This document shows positions 1 through 12,689 of a stretch of DNA of 64,000 bases, one piece after another; the first letter of the stretch is position 1; the number at the start of each line of letters is the position of its first letter. The translations under genes and the position numbers were made by a program. Source of the DNA: Octopus sinensis. Its lineage: Eukaryota. The stretch spans positions 558,001 through 622,000 of the forward strand of contig NC_043020.1 of assembly GCF_006345805.1 (NCBI RefSeq), given 5' to 3'. The notes under the pieces are model-generated. The model had not been told where the DNA came from and did no database searches. It was given only the letters and a program-made list of their open reading frames with translations.

Positions 1-465
1 ATCTGGCAGTGTTTTCTACAGCTGGATCCCTTCCTAACGCCAACCACTCCGAGGGTGTAGTGGGTGATTTTATGTGCCACCGACACAGGTGCCAGACGAG
101 GCTGGCAAACGGCCACGATCGGATGGTGCTTGTTACGTGCCCACAGCACGGAGGCCAGTCGATGCGGTACTGGCTACGGCCACGTTCGGATGGTTTTTTT
201 CTGTGTGCCACGTGCCACCGGCACTGGTACCACAAAGATACAAATTCCATTGATGTTCATCTATTTTGATTTGTTTTGATTTTCACTTGCCTCAACAGGT
301 CTTCACAAGTGTCACAAGAAGGAAGGTATGCACAGGTGGACTGACTACGTCCCAGGTAGGGGCCATGGGTTTATGGCCTGACTAGTCTTGCCGGGTCTTC
401 GGATGGTGTTTTTATGTGCCACCGACACAGGTGCTAGATGAGGCTGGCGAACGGCCACGATCGGA
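1..465 (-). mobile_element. SINE family C copy, truncated by the window edge
   Basis: Shares ctggcagtgtttctacagctggatgcccttcctaacgccaaccactccg and the ttttatgtgccaccgacacagg modules with copies at 2.9, 10.1, 19.0, 23.9, 41.2 and 49.3 kb. Confidence 0.8.
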
Positions 466-471
466 TATATA

Positions 472-695
472 TATTTCTTTACTACCCACAAGGGGCTAAA
501 CGCAGAGGGGACAAACAAGGACAGACAAAGGGATTAAGTTGATTACATCGACCCCAGTGCGTAACTTGTACTTAATTTACGACCCCGAAAGGAGGAAAGG
601 CAAAGTCGACCTCAGCGGAATTTGAACTCGGAACGTATCGACAGATGAAATACGGCCACGCATTTTGTCCAGCATGCTAACATTTCTGCCAGCTC

Positions 696-700
<5 letters not shown>
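472..700 (-). mobile_element. SINE family B monomer (tRNA-like head, central domain recalling Meta/MESC-type SINEs)
   Basis: Reverse complement of the B consensus: head gagctggcagaaatgttagca, B-box-like gagttcaaattcc, gtcgactttgcctttc domain, 3' end aaagaaata. Inserted in (TA)n. Domain name is from memory. Confidence 0.85.
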
Positions 701-741
<41 letters not shown>

Positions 742-1063
742 CAGACTATATATGTACATATATTTACAGACCTCATTTGTTGTACTTGATGAATTTTTTT
801 TATTATTCTTATTCATCTATCATGCCTGGTCATATATATATATATATATATATATATCCTAGCAACTTCTGTTTCTGACATCCCCCAGTTGAACAGTATT
901 GTGAGAAGCTGTCAAAATTGTGATCATATTTGGTCAGCAGCTGCTGAGGGAATGAACACATTTGCATCCTTTGTGTGTGTGCTTCTGTTTCCTTATAAAT
1001 TCCATTGTTACTCACCTCTGTCACATTTTCATTATACATACATATAGATATAGATATACATTT

Positions 1064-1446
1064 ATAGGAATAGGAGTGGCTGTGTGGTAGTTAGCTTGCT
1101 TACCAACCACATGGTTCTGGGTTCAGTCCCACTGCGTGGCACCTTGGGCAAGTGTCTTCTCCTATAGCCTCTGGCTGACCAAAGCCTTGTGAGTGGATTT
1201 GGTAGACGGAAACTGAAAGAAGCCCATCGTGTATATATATATATATATGTATGTTTGTGTGTGTGTGTCCCAACATCCCTTGACAACCAATGCTGGTGTG
1301 TTTATGAAACCGATACAAAAGAAACCGATACAATAAGCACTAGGCTTACAAAGAATAACTCTTAGGGTTGATTTGCTTTACTAAATGTGGTGCTCCGACA
1401 TGGCCACAGTCAAAATTGACTTAAACCAGTAAAAGAATAAAAGAAT
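1064..1446 (+). mobile_element. SINE family A (tRNA-derived, CORE-like, bipartite around an internal TA/TG microsatellite)
   Basis: Head ggagtggctgtgtggt..gggttcagtccc, CORE-like accttgggcaagtgtctt, internal (TA)n(TG)n, tail aaaagaataaaag. About 20 related copies in the window. Confidence 0.88.
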
Positions 1447-1569
1447 ATAATTATATATATATATATATCATCATCATCATCATCATCACCCCCCAAACAC
1501 AATGTTTTGTGACACTGATTATGAATAGAGCGTCCTGTGGATTTGTAAGACATGCATCTGCTTTGGTAA

Positions 1570-2130
1570 CAGAGGGCTGGAATTTTGTTACTTTGATTAA
1601 TATGTTGTTCTCATTCACCCAGTGGTAATACAGTGGGCAGATTTTGTTGCAGGGCATAAATATCAATTTTCATGATCTTTTGCATCATCTATGTAGCCTC
1701 TGAGTATAACCAATTATATAGTTTTGTCTATGTCTAGCAACGTTATACGGAACAAAAGTAAATCTAGAATGGATCCCTGTGATGCTCCACTGACAACCAC
1801 AGATTTTTCATATAGGACTCCATTGACCACCCTCTGTTTGGCTTTAGACCTTCAGAAAAACCCAAAACCCAAATGCGCAACCTTCTTGTTATGCCAGCTT
1901 TTTCAATAAGATTCTATGTCCAACTTTGCCAAAAGTATTTGCAAAATTGAAATATAGATGGTCAATTCTTGATTCATGTAGCAGCTGCCTCAAAATTTTG
2001 CTGTGCTGTAGAATTTGTCAGACAGTTTCTTCCAAAGCAAAACTATTTTGCATTCTGTTAAAAAGCTCTTAATACTCTTTAAATTCTTTCCAAGGCTTTC
2101 CAAAAGTGGATGTGACAGAAATCTGTAATT
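1570..2130 (-). pseudogene. Decayed CR1/L2-group LINE reverse transcriptase fragment
   Basis: Minus-strand motifs in RT order: GRNCLTN (about 2030), YFNFANTFGKVGHRILLKKL (about 1895-1955), KQRVVNG..VSGASQGSIL (GASQGS 1771-1788), GYIDDAK (1678-1698, YxDD catalytic motif), YYHWVNENNILIKVTKFQ. Stops and frameshifts present. Confidence 0.85.
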
Positions 2131-2539
2131 GTTTATACTCTACTGAAATTTTTATGAAATGATTCCATTGTTGCTTCTTACAACATTTCAGATAATTGTC
2201 CAAATTCTAAATAGCTCTGAAAGTGTGTATGTGTGTGGAAAGTTATATTTATAGAAAAGTGAAAAATTTTCATTTTAAATATGATTGCTTGAAGTGAAAA
2301 ATTGATGTTTGCAGGAGAAAGAATTAAAATTTATCTGAAATTGGACACCAAATGTTTGAAAGAATGTTAGTAATAGTAACAATAATAATTATAATAAAAA
2401 GAACACTAATCATAGTCTAGACTTGCTGGCGATTTTCACAAATGTACCAAGCAAATAGCGATGGGTTGGGCCTGGATGTGGGACCTGGGTTACAAGGGGC
2501 CAAAATGAGGTTCTTCCAGGGTGTGTAGCTTGGAGATTA

Positions 2540-2790
2540 GGGAGTCTCTCCAGATTAAGCTGCTATATCTCTGCCTTTAGAGGTCTGTGGCTAGAATGTC
2601 CCAGGAAGGGATCGCAAGATGGATTCTTCAAACCAAGCCAACTGGCAGGAGACCTAGGTGTAGACCGAGAATGGGGTGGTTGGATGATATCCATAGCCTC
2701 AGTTGATTTAGTATGGTAATCCAACAGGAAGGTGTAACGATGATTGCTTCTGATTTGAAGGATTCCATCCCTGCACCCCTCCCCCTCATG
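2540..2790 (+). mobile_element. RTE-clade LINE 3' fragment
   Basis: Frame from 2584 reads SVARMSQEGIARWILQTKPTGRRPRCRPRMGWLDDIHSLS*, the G-R-R-P-R-G-R-P-R-x-x-W C-terminal motif of RTE ORF2. Confidence 0.75.
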
Positions 2791-2883
2791 AGTAGTAGGC
2801 AATGAAAATGGTTGGATCAGATATAAAACACACACACATACACACACACACGCATACACTATTTTTGTTTATATATATATATA

Positions 2884-3050
2884 TATTCTACACTCACGGA
2901 GTGGTTGGTGTTAAGAAGGGCATCCAGCTGTAGAAACACTGCCAGATCAGACTGGAGCCTGGTGCAGCCTCCTGGCTTCCCAGACCCAGGTCGAACTGTC
3001 CAACCCATGCTAGCATGGAAAACGGACGTTAAACGATGATGATGATGATA
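2884..3050 (+). mobile_element. SINE family C 3' part with (GAT)n tail
   Basis: Ends gcatggaaaacggacgttaaacgatgatgatgat like other family C copies. Confidence 0.85.
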
Positions 3051-3318
3051 CACACATACTTTTCCCTCTCTCATTCTTGCATATATCTTTATGTATTATC
3101 TACGTTCAGGTGCTTGTCTTTTATTTATCCAAAGCTAAAATTTTGCACAGTTTCTCCCAGGATGTTCCCACGTGCGAAATAATATTCGATAGGCATGTTG
3201 GAATTAGCAACAGTGAACAGTTAAATTTTATAACAAGCACATGACAAATCTTCTGAAGAATTGGAAACTCTAAGTAAACGCTGAGCTGAGGCTTCAAACA
3301 GTTGTATCAGTGTTTATA

Positions 3319-3824
3319 TCTATATATATAAAACTGTAGTTGTTTGAGTGTCTGTCCCCTTCGATTTAGATACCTAACTACTCCCACATTTTGCGGTGCA
3401 GTTTAACCAAATTCGGGTATCTTATAGTCGTGATTCATATCGAGCCCGTCTGGCTATTAGCGCGCGTCTACGATGAGTCTACGATTTTAAAAATAATTTA
3501 ACATCATTTTTTATTCCATTTTAATGCATAAAATGCATCGTATGTCGATGGCGGCGGAGTTGGCGTCCACGCTCACAGCTGCACCTGTCTGCTTCTCCCC
3601 CTTCCCTCCCTCGTGAAGCTGTGGGGAAGGGAGTGTAAAGAAATCAACGTCGTAATGCGTTGTGAAGGAAACCAGCGTTCTTTTAGAACAACGACTTCAT
3701 GGCTTGAAGACACCAAAACAAAAATGGCTAAGAAAGCCCGAATTTATAAGGGAAGTAACTCTCTAAAAATGCTTATATAGTTATTTCCCTTACAAACCCG
3801 AGCAACGCCGGGCGATACTGCTAG
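3319..3824 (+). mobile_element. Non-autonomous Helitron, complete (506 bp)
   Basis: 5' A|TCTATATATATAAAAC at 3319; subterminal hairpin cccgagcaacgccggg 3797-3812; 3' CTAG|T at 3821-3824; inserted between A and T with no TSD. Confidence 0.85.
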
Positions 3825-4188
3825 TTTAGCATATATTTATTTTATATGTGAAAATATATCTACCCTTCTTTTAACTATTCTTGGCAATATAACTTTTGAC
3901 GAGAACATGTCAATCTGAAAATGGAAGCATTGCCGTTTTAACCTTGGTTTTGCACAACTCAGCTTTGATGCAGACAGAACTATGCATATTCCTTTAATCA
4001 GATTTTGTGTGTGTGTGTGTGTGCGAGAGAGAGAGAGAGAGAGAGAGAGAGGGTGTGTGTGTGTGTATATATATTTGTATGTGAATGTTCCAATATTTTT
4101 CTTTATAATGTTGATATATATTCACACATACATACATAAGTGTGTGTGTGTATCTATATATATAAATGATGATGATATCACAGCTACA

Positions 4189-4236
<48 letters not shown>

Positions 4237-4540
4237 CAGGGTGTGTAAGGTTTTTGAGGACATAACCTTTTTAGGGTCATTGCTGCATTTTTTGCTAAAT
4301 CTGTATAATCTTTGTTTCAGAAAATAATAATGGCAGACCCTCAGCTCACTCAACAAATGAAGCGGCGTACTGTTATTGTGGTTATAAAGGCTGAGCTTAG
4401 CGATTTAGAAATATCTCGATTTTTAAAAGTTACCAGATCTTTCGTCTACAAAGTTTGTAAGGAGCTAGAGACTGAAGATTGAAACTTATCGTAAAAAGCA
4501 TTCAAATTTAATGTATTCGTAGGACCTTGTACAATTGCTT
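4237..4540 (+). mobile_element. Tc1/mariner-superfamily transposon 5' relic with N-terminal HTH fragment
   Basis: TA|CAGGGTG terminus at 4237. ATG at 4330 gives MADPQLTQQMKRRTVIVVIKAELSDLEISRFLKVTRSFVYKVCKELETED* (stop 4480-4482), a transposase-type helix-turn-helix start. Confidence 0.7.
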
Positions 4541-4985
4541 GCTTCTGGATAGTGCTGTGCATCATGATTTGTGTGTGTTCAGTAATGGAGAAGTAGAATG
4601 GTAATTTGATTAATAGAGAGATATGGAGAGAGAGAGAGAAGAGAAGAGAGATAGGCAAATGAAGTGAATCTCAAGTGTTGTTAATAAGATAATCCTAAAA
4701 CCAACAATATTGTCTGTCATCATGATCAGCACCATAACCACTATTGGTAACATCACCTTTGCTGGCATTGACTCCACTGCAATATACCTGCATGTGTGTG
4801 TACGTGTGTGTGTGTACTCAAGCACACACACACACACACACATGCATATATATGAGAAGAATGATCTTTGCTTAATATTAAAATTCTGATTGGATCAGTT
4901 TTTCCCATGACACGAGATTCCAAACAAAAACTAAATTATACTCTTGAAAATTGCATACAATTTCACTATCAACTACTCCTGTATG

Positions 4986-5056
<71 letters not shown>

Positions 5057-5524
5057 ATAACATGCACACACACACACATTATATATATTCACACAAAGAA
5101 AATATAAAAAAGGAAAAGTATGGAAGTAAAGCTTCTAATTCCTACTTGAGAATGAAATGATACGAAAACTGAAAAATGCAGGAATTTCTTTTCATTGCAG
5201 GAATTTAAAGTTGACTGGCACAGTCTCTTATCAACGACCATAGGTTGATGCTTTGAATTACTGCTGCATATTCCTTTTTTTTTTTTTTTTAAAGTTTGAT
5301 TTTTAAAAATTAGATAAATAAGCATACAGGAAAATCTCTACACAGTCCTCTCATAGTAAACATTTTTAACAACAGCAGAAGTGTGTAGATTGCTATGTGT
5401 ATATACATAGGAGGAGCCCTCCCCTTTTGGTCATGATTGACCATGGGATTGCACCTAGAAAGTTACCCTCCGAGGCTCAAGTCCAGACAAGGTTGTTTAT
5501 GGAAGGCCAGCAGTCGCCCATGCA

Positions 5525-5916
5525 TATCACCCAGGGTTGCTTGGGTTTGTTTCGACCCTTTAGAATTGGAATTTTTGAAAAGTAAAAATTTTGCATTATG
5601 TAGCTTGTTATTCTGTTTAAGTGAACATTTTTCTGGTTGAAATACACCAAAAAATGGTGACATAGCAGTCAAAAAATCGTTAAAAATAGGGATTTTCATA
5701 GAAAAAAAAGCACCTTTTTGATGTAAATAATTTTGAGTGTTAACATGGTCCGATTTGAATTTTTTCTTCTACGGAATGAAGAGCAAGCTTTCTCCTATCA
5801 TACTCTCAATTTTGGTCAACTTGCACCACAGGGTCTCAGAGGAGATAGTGTTAGTTGAAGACTACCAAACCAGCCATACACAGACAACTTCAGCTTTATA
5901 TATATATATATATATA
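5525..5916 (-). mobile_element. Non-autonomous Helitron-type element, 3' tip missing
   Basis: tatcacccagggttgcttgggtttgt (5525-5550) is a degenerate reverse complement of the 3319 element's 3' end. The other end reads tatatataaagctgaagttgtctgtgt on the minus strand, like the 3319 5' end. Confidence 0.7.
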
Positions 5917-6282
5917 CATACACACACTCACACTCAAACACACTGTTAAGTTACTGAGGGAGGGTGCCAACAAGTTTATTGTGCAAATGACCTGTTTTTG
6001 TTTGCATACTTTTTTTTTTTTGAGTGAGGTTTGTGAAGCCTGTTGAGGATTTGCGGTATTTCAGCCAAGCCAAATGGCATTCATTTATGGAATGCAGATT
6101 GTATTTACAGCAACTTTTCCTATATCAAGTCCATTCTCCCAACTTGTGTGGTGAGCTAGACAGTCCTGAATAATGTTGTTTAGTTTACAAGTGAGGGGGT
6201 GGGAACTGACAAATTTCCTCAGTGTTTCTTCCTTTTAGTGAAACACCATTGAATGTCTTCACCTGTCTCAGTTCAAATTTAT

Positions 6283-6921
6283 TTTTACCTTTTACCTGTT
6301 TTAGTCATTGGATTGTTGCCATGCTGGGGTACCATGAAGGCTTTTAGTCGAACAAGTCACAGCTGTACTTAATTCCATCAGTCTCTCTTCTGAAACCACT
6401 TAGTTAAAAGATGTAAACAAACCAACACTGGTCGTCAAGTGGGTGGGAGATACACATCATTTTCATCATTGTTCGACCGTGGTCGAGACACTGGAATTTA
6501 CTGTGTTATGCCAGACTTCACGGTCCATCATAGCATTACGGAGGTCCTGTTGCTGGATGCCTGTATCCCTGGAGATTACATCAGGGTAGGAGAGTGTGCG
6601 CCCTCTGGTATCGTGAGCAGATGGCTTCCAGAGGAGAAGAGTAGAAATTACCTCGGGAGATACACAGATACACGTACACATCACAAGCAAATATATATAT
6701 TTATATACATGTATGTATATATGTGTGTGTGTGTTTTGTGTATACACACATATATACACAGACACACACACACACACACAAATACAACAGGCTTCCACAA
6801 AGTTTCTGCCAACCAAATCCACTCCCATGGTATTGGTCAGCTCGGGGCTATAGCAGAAGACACTTGCTCAAGGTGCCATGTGGTTGCAAAATAAGCTTCT
6901 TAACCACACAGCCATACCTGT
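6283..6921 (-). mobile_element. SINE family A copy interrupted by an RTE LINE
   Basis: Tail half 6283-6456 and head half 6667-6921 match the family A reverse complement. Confidence 0.8.
6457..6654 (-). mobile_element. 5'-truncated RTE-clade LINE with 12-bp TSD
   Basis: Encodes EVISTLLLWKPSAHDTRGRTLSYPDVISRDTGIQQQDLRNAMMDREVWHNTVNS. TSD gggagatacaca at 6445-6456 and 6655-6666. Same family as 33059-33543. Confidence 0.9.
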
Positions 6922-7270
6922 GTCTATTTATTTCTCTTTCCTTTTTTTTTTCCTCTGTTTTTTTCCTTTTTTTTTTCGATGTTGTTGTTCATCTCTGATT
7001 AGAAAATTTTGGTAGATTAACATTTTTTAAGAGCCTCAACTTATACTGGAAGTAGTTCTAGTTTTATAGGTTATCACTACTACGCACACACTTGACTTAA
7101 TCTAACTAAATCTTATGTCAAGCCATTCCTGATTTTTCTTAATTCCAAGACAGTTTGAAAGAAATTGGGTGAAACGCTATGAAATGGCATCACTCACACC
7201 ATGCTTGCACTCTTCTAAATTGAGTGAATTGAAAAACTGATGAATAAATGAGGAACCATGGTGATGGACT

Positions 7271-7940
7271 GTCTTTTACTTGTTTCCGTCATCAGACAGT
7301 GGTCATGCTGGGGCACCACCTTGAAGAGATTTTAGTAGCCTGGTATTTATTTTATCAGTCTTTTTTGCCGAACTGCTAAGTACCTGTTGGCAAGCAGTGG
7401 TGGGGAAACAGACGCAGACATACACATATGAATATACGTATATAGATAGATAGATAGATACATACATACATGCATACGTACGTACATATATACATACATA
7501 CACACATGCATACGCACATACACATATACACACACACATACAGACATACATACACACATACATACATACATGCACACACACATACACACACACACACATA
7601 CACGCATACACACACATATACATACACACACACATACATACATACACATACATACACATACATACATACACACACACATACATACACACACATACATACA
7701 CACACACATACATATATACACATACATACACACACATACATACATACACACATACATATGTACATACATACATACATACGACAGGCTTCTTTCAGTTACC
7801 GTGTACCAAATCCACTCACAAGGCTTCTGCTGGCCTGAAGTTATAGTAGAAAAAAACTTGCTCAAAGTGTCATGCTGTAGGACTGAACTCAGAACCATGC
7901 GGTTAAGAAAGCAATTTCTTAACACACAACCCTGCTTGTG
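7271..7940 (-). mobile_element. SINE family A copy with about 350-bp expanded internal (CA/TA)n tract
   Basis: Tail half 7271-7420, compound microsatellite 7420-7778, head half 7779-7940. Confidence 0.8.
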
Positions 7941-8532
7941 TCTGTAAGAAAGAAGATACAACATGCTTCTATCCACAAGTCCTCATACCTCTCTACTTCT
8001 ACCAGCGACACTTCTAATCCACACACACTCACACACACACTGCCATGCACACACAAAAGTACTCTTAAAATAACCTGTGTTGAATACTTCAAGACATGTG
8101 CTCACATACAAATGTACAGATTTATGTATAAAGTTAGTAAGATGCAAAATAAATTTTAAATCTGTTTCAGAGATTTATCATTCCTATTTTAATTATATGA
8201 AATAATGTTCACTGCATCATCCCAATTTTAGTATATGTGTACTGTAATAAAAACAATAATAATAATAATATAATAATAATAATAATAATAGTAATAGTAA
8301 TAATAAAGGCATCTGAGTGTAAATATAAATGTCTAAATTCGAGTAGCGATATCTATATTACAGATGGAAGAGCAAAAAATAGAATTTTTGCTTTACTAAT
8401 TTAAATTTGAAATTAAGCCATTTCTCTTTATCAAGACAACGTAGTGCTTGTTTTTTTTTTATATTTTTGTTGTCTCTTTTTTTGTTTTGTTTTTTATAGT
8501 TATTTTTACTCCATTGGTGCACTAAAATAAAA

Positions 8533-8549
8533 TAGTAATAACGATGATG

Positions 8550-8590
<41 letters not shown>

Positions 8591-8608
8591 TACTACTACT
8601 ACTACTAC

Positions 8609-8657
<49 letters not shown>

Positions 8658-8700
8658 TACTACTACTACTACTACTAATAATAATAATAATAATAATAAT
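8533..8700. repeat. (AAT)n/(TAC)n compound trinucleotide microsatellite
   Basis: Alternating (AAT)n and (TAC)n blocks. Confidence 0.95.
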
Positions 8701-8805
8701 ATCTGATTTATTTCTAAAAGCATGTGTATTTATTTCTGAAAGCATGTGTATTGTGTGGAAACTTATGCCTACCATATTATGTAGCCTACATACATGTGCA
8801 TGTGG

Positions 8806-8854
<49 letters not shown>

Positions 8855-9884
8855 AGGGAGTTAGATTTTTATTCAATATATCTGATATTTGCATTGTGTG
8901 CAAGCCTATTTGAGTTTGCATATTTTCCAATAAAGTTGTTTGTCAGTTATGGCTACATCATTTCATACTGATTGATAATTTCATTTTATTGATGTTATAC
9001 CATTTTCTGATTCTGCTTCAACATGCCTCATTGCATCAACAACAGTGTTCAGATGCTTTGATATCACAGTATCTGCCGTTCCTGCTCCACCCTCGCCCTA
9101 CTCCACAACTACTCCACTTTTTGGTTCCTCCTCTTCCTCCTCCTCCGTCTCCTTCTCTTAGATTTTTATAGGAAACTTTTCAGGAGCCACGTTAGTTACC
9201 GATAAGATAGTTGTTGATGGTTGTTTCATGTTGAAGATACACACTCAACTTTTGTGTGTGTGTATGTTTTGTTTTCTTTTGTTTTTGTGTCTTTTTAAAA
9301 CCCAGTCAGTAATTTGTTGGAATGAAATTACCTACGATACATATTGCAGTTTTTGTTTCTATTTCCATACAATCCAACGAGGATTACATACAAAAGTCAT
9401 CGCCATCATCATCATCATCATCCTCATCATCATCTTAGTGTACATCTTTCTCCATGCTAGCGTGATCTGGATGGCTTTGTACAACTAATATCCACATCCT
9501 TATCCAACTGTCTCTCTCTCTTTCTCTTGTATCATTTCATATGTAATTCCCAATTTTCTAAACTAAACTGCTGCATTCTTTGGTTCACCTTTGACCTTTC
9601 TATTTCATCCTGTCAGCCTTAATTTCTTTTTAGATGCAGCTAAATCCCACCAAATTTCCTTCCACTTACTCTCCATCTTGCTTTACCCTCTCCTACTTAT
9701 TCATCTTACATTTCTATGGAGCGAACAGTTTCCTTGATTTGCAACTTCAGTTCTAAATCAAACAATTGTTCCTTCTTTTAATGCTTTCAGTTATATCACT
9801 GTGGCCATGCTTGGGCACCAGCTTCTGGGGTTTTACTTGATTATCTTGACCACCACTACCACCATCATCCCCACACCTCATACT

Positions 9885-10445
9885 CTTTGACTCTTACTCT
9901 TTGACTTGTTTCAGTCATGTGACTGTGGCTGTGCTGGAGCACCACCTTTAGTCGAGCAAATCGACCCCAGGACTTATTCTCTGTAAGCCTAGTACTTATT
10001 CTATTGGTCTCTTTTGCTGAACTGCTAAGTTATAGGGACTTAAACACACTGGCATCGGTTGTCAAGCGATGTTGGGGGGACAAACACAGACATACAAACA
10101 TATACACACACATACATCATCATCATCATGGTTTAACGTCCATTTTCCATACTAGCAGGGGTTGGATGATTCAACCAGGATCTGGGAAGCCAGGAGGCTG
10201 CACCAGGCTCCAGTCTGATCTGGCAGTGTTTCTACAGCTGGATGCCCTTCCTAAAGCCAACCACTCCGTCTAACGCCACGACAGGCTTCTTTCAGTTTCT
10301 GTCTACCATATCCACTCACAAGGCTTTGGTCGGCCCGAGGCTATAGTAGAAGACACTTGCCCAAGGTGCCATGCAGTGGGACTGAACCCGGAATCATGTA
10401 GTTCGTAAGCAAGCTACTTACCACACAGCCACTCCTATGCCTATA
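9885..10445 (-). mobile_element. SINE family A copy with a family C 3' fragment nested at about 10116-10268
   Basis: Family A halves flank catcatcat-ggtttaacgtcc...ccaaccactccg, which sits in the internal microsatellite. Confidence 0.82.
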
Positions 10446-10869
10446 TTTACTTTACCTTGTAATTATTTCACAAAATATGAAGTGCCTAGTGGACATTGGT
10501 GTAAGAGAAAATAAATTTGTTGGACATTAATAGTACAGAATGTTTGAGCTTAAGTATACCAGTTCACACCCAACACTAATATATATTAGTCCAAGAATGG
10601 AATTTTTGTTATTACATTTATCGATGTAAGATCAAAAGTTCCATTCTTGGGCTTAATATATTATACTCTGCAACTAATCTATTCTACTTCGAATCTCAAT
10701 CTGCATGAATGGTTTCCTTTCAAGAAAATTGTCAACATCTATACACTCTGTTGGTCAGCATTTGCAAGAGTGCTGACTGAGGATCCAGCATGGATTTATT
10801 AATCATCTTGTATCTGCCCCCAACTTCCCTCTCTTCCCCCCCTCTCTCTCTCTCTGCACACACACACAC

Positions 10870-10906
<37 letters not shown>

Positions 10907-11043
10907 GCAAATATTGAATAGTAAGAATGAATGCTCAACACTATATTGGCGGATAAATATTCTCTATTTATGAGTTAACAAGGCCACCAGTGGTTTCTCT
11001 TTACATGAAACCATTGGCAGCCTTGTTGACCCTCAAAAAGAAA

Positions 11044-11092
<49 letters not shown>

Positions 11093-11099
11093 ACCACCA

Positions 11100-11306
11100 C
11101 TGCTTGACTACTGGTGTTGGTTTGCTTACATCTCCACAGGTTAGGAGTTCAGCAAAAGAAATCCTATAGAATAAGGAACCAATACGATAAGAACCAGACT
11201 TAATAATAAATAAGTACCGATGTTGATTTATTTGACTAAATCCCTTCAAGGTGGTGCTCCAGTATGGCTATGCTCCAGTGACTGAAACAAGTAAAAGATA
11301 AAAGAT
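11100..11306 (+). mobile_element. SINE family A 3' half
   Basis: gcttgactactggtgttgg...gactgaaacaagtaaaagataaaag. Confidence 0.75.
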
Positions 11307-11803
11307 ATATATCCTCTCTTTGACTTCTACTATTTTGAAATTTAATTTAATTTAATTTAATTTATCTATGAATTTTAATCTTTTAACGAATTCCAACACA
11401 TGACGCTCAACTGTCAATACACAATAACACTTTACTATTTTTAGTGTTTCATATCTGATATCTACCAGACCATAATTCATTGCAAACTGGCACCACCACC
11501 ACCACCACCACCATCACCATATACTATCTCTTTTAAGTGTTTTCACTTTTGGGAGCCTCACTTCTAAAAATAATATCAGGAGATTTTTCTGAATCTTGAC
11601 ATTATCGCTAAACATTCACCAAGACAGGGTCTTATTATTAAAGGAAACAAGGAGCACAAAGGCTTCTAATATCTCAATACAGCAGTCCTTGACCTCCTTT
11701 ATACACTGGATTGGTTTCTTTCAAGACAGTTTTTTCCATGGATTAGATCACACGCATCACAAAATGCAATAAAATGTATAATATATAATCTAACTACATA
11801 TAT

Positions 11804-11978
11804 ATAGGCGCAGGAGTGGCTGTGTGGTAAGTAGCTTGCTTACCAACCACATGGTTCCGGGTTCAGTCCCACTGCGTGGCACCTTGGGCAAGTGTCTTCT
11901 ACTATAGCCTCGGGCTGACCAATGCCTTGTGAGTGGATTTGGTAGACGGAAACTGAAAAGAAGCCCGTCGTATATATG

Positions 11979-12019
<41 letters not shown>

Positions 12020-12226
12020 TTGTGTGTCTGTGTTTGTCCCCCCAACATCGCTTGACAACCGATGCTGGTGTGTTTATGTCCCCGTTACTTAGCGGGTCAG
12101 CAAAAGAGGCCGATAGAATAAGTACTGGGCTTACAAAGAATAAGTCCCGGGGTCAAGTTGCTCGATTAAAGGCAGTGCTCCAGCATGGCCGCAGTCAAAT
12201 GACTGAAACAAGTAAAAGAGTAAGAG
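11804..12226 (+). mobile_element. SINE family A, near-consensus full-length copy
   Basis: ataggcgcaggagtggctgtgtggtaag ... gactgaaacaagtaaaagagtaagag; CpGs retained. Confidence 0.9.
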
Positions 12227-12237
12227 TATATTACATG

Positions 12238-12642
12238 CATAGGCATAGGTGTGACTGTGTAGTAGGAAGTTCACTGTCCAGCCACATGGTTCCGTGTTCA
12301 ATCCCACTGTGTGGCACCTTGGGTGTTTTCTACTATAGCCTCGGGCTGACCAAAACCTCGAGAGTGAGTATGGAAGACAGAAACTGAAATAAAGCCTGTT
12401 ATATATTTGTGTGTGTCTTTGTGTCTTTGTTTGCACCACCACCACCACCACTACGATTGCTTCACAGCTGGTGTTGGTTTGTTTATGTCCCCATAACTTA
12501 GCAGTTCAGCAAAAGAGTGAAAAAATAAGTACCAGGCTTAAAAGAAGAAAAAAAGGACTGCTGTCGATTCATTCTACTAAAATTTCTTCAAGTCAGTACC
12601 CCAGCATGGCCACAGTCTAATAGCTGAAAAAAGTGAAAGATA
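12238..12642 (+). mobile_element. Older, diverged SINE family A copy directly downstream of 11804
   Basis: Same order of head, internal repeat and tail, with many substitutions. Confidence 0.75.
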
Positions 12643-12689
12643 GTAGATATAATACAAAAAGATTCTGCAGATTGTGATAGCCATCATCA

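Noticed and set aside
7303-7976. Long ORFs of [12 protein letters not shown] composition (also at 15.1, 28.8, 36.0, 42.4, 48.7, 50.3 and 54.7 kb)
   Set aside because: They are translations of (TG)n/(TA)n/(CA)n tracts, which lack stop codons in several frames; no coding signal.
10620-10802. Plus-strand frame ..LHEWFPFKKIVNIYTLCWSAFARVLTEDPAWIY*
   Set aside because: No homology recognised and no supporting splice partners.
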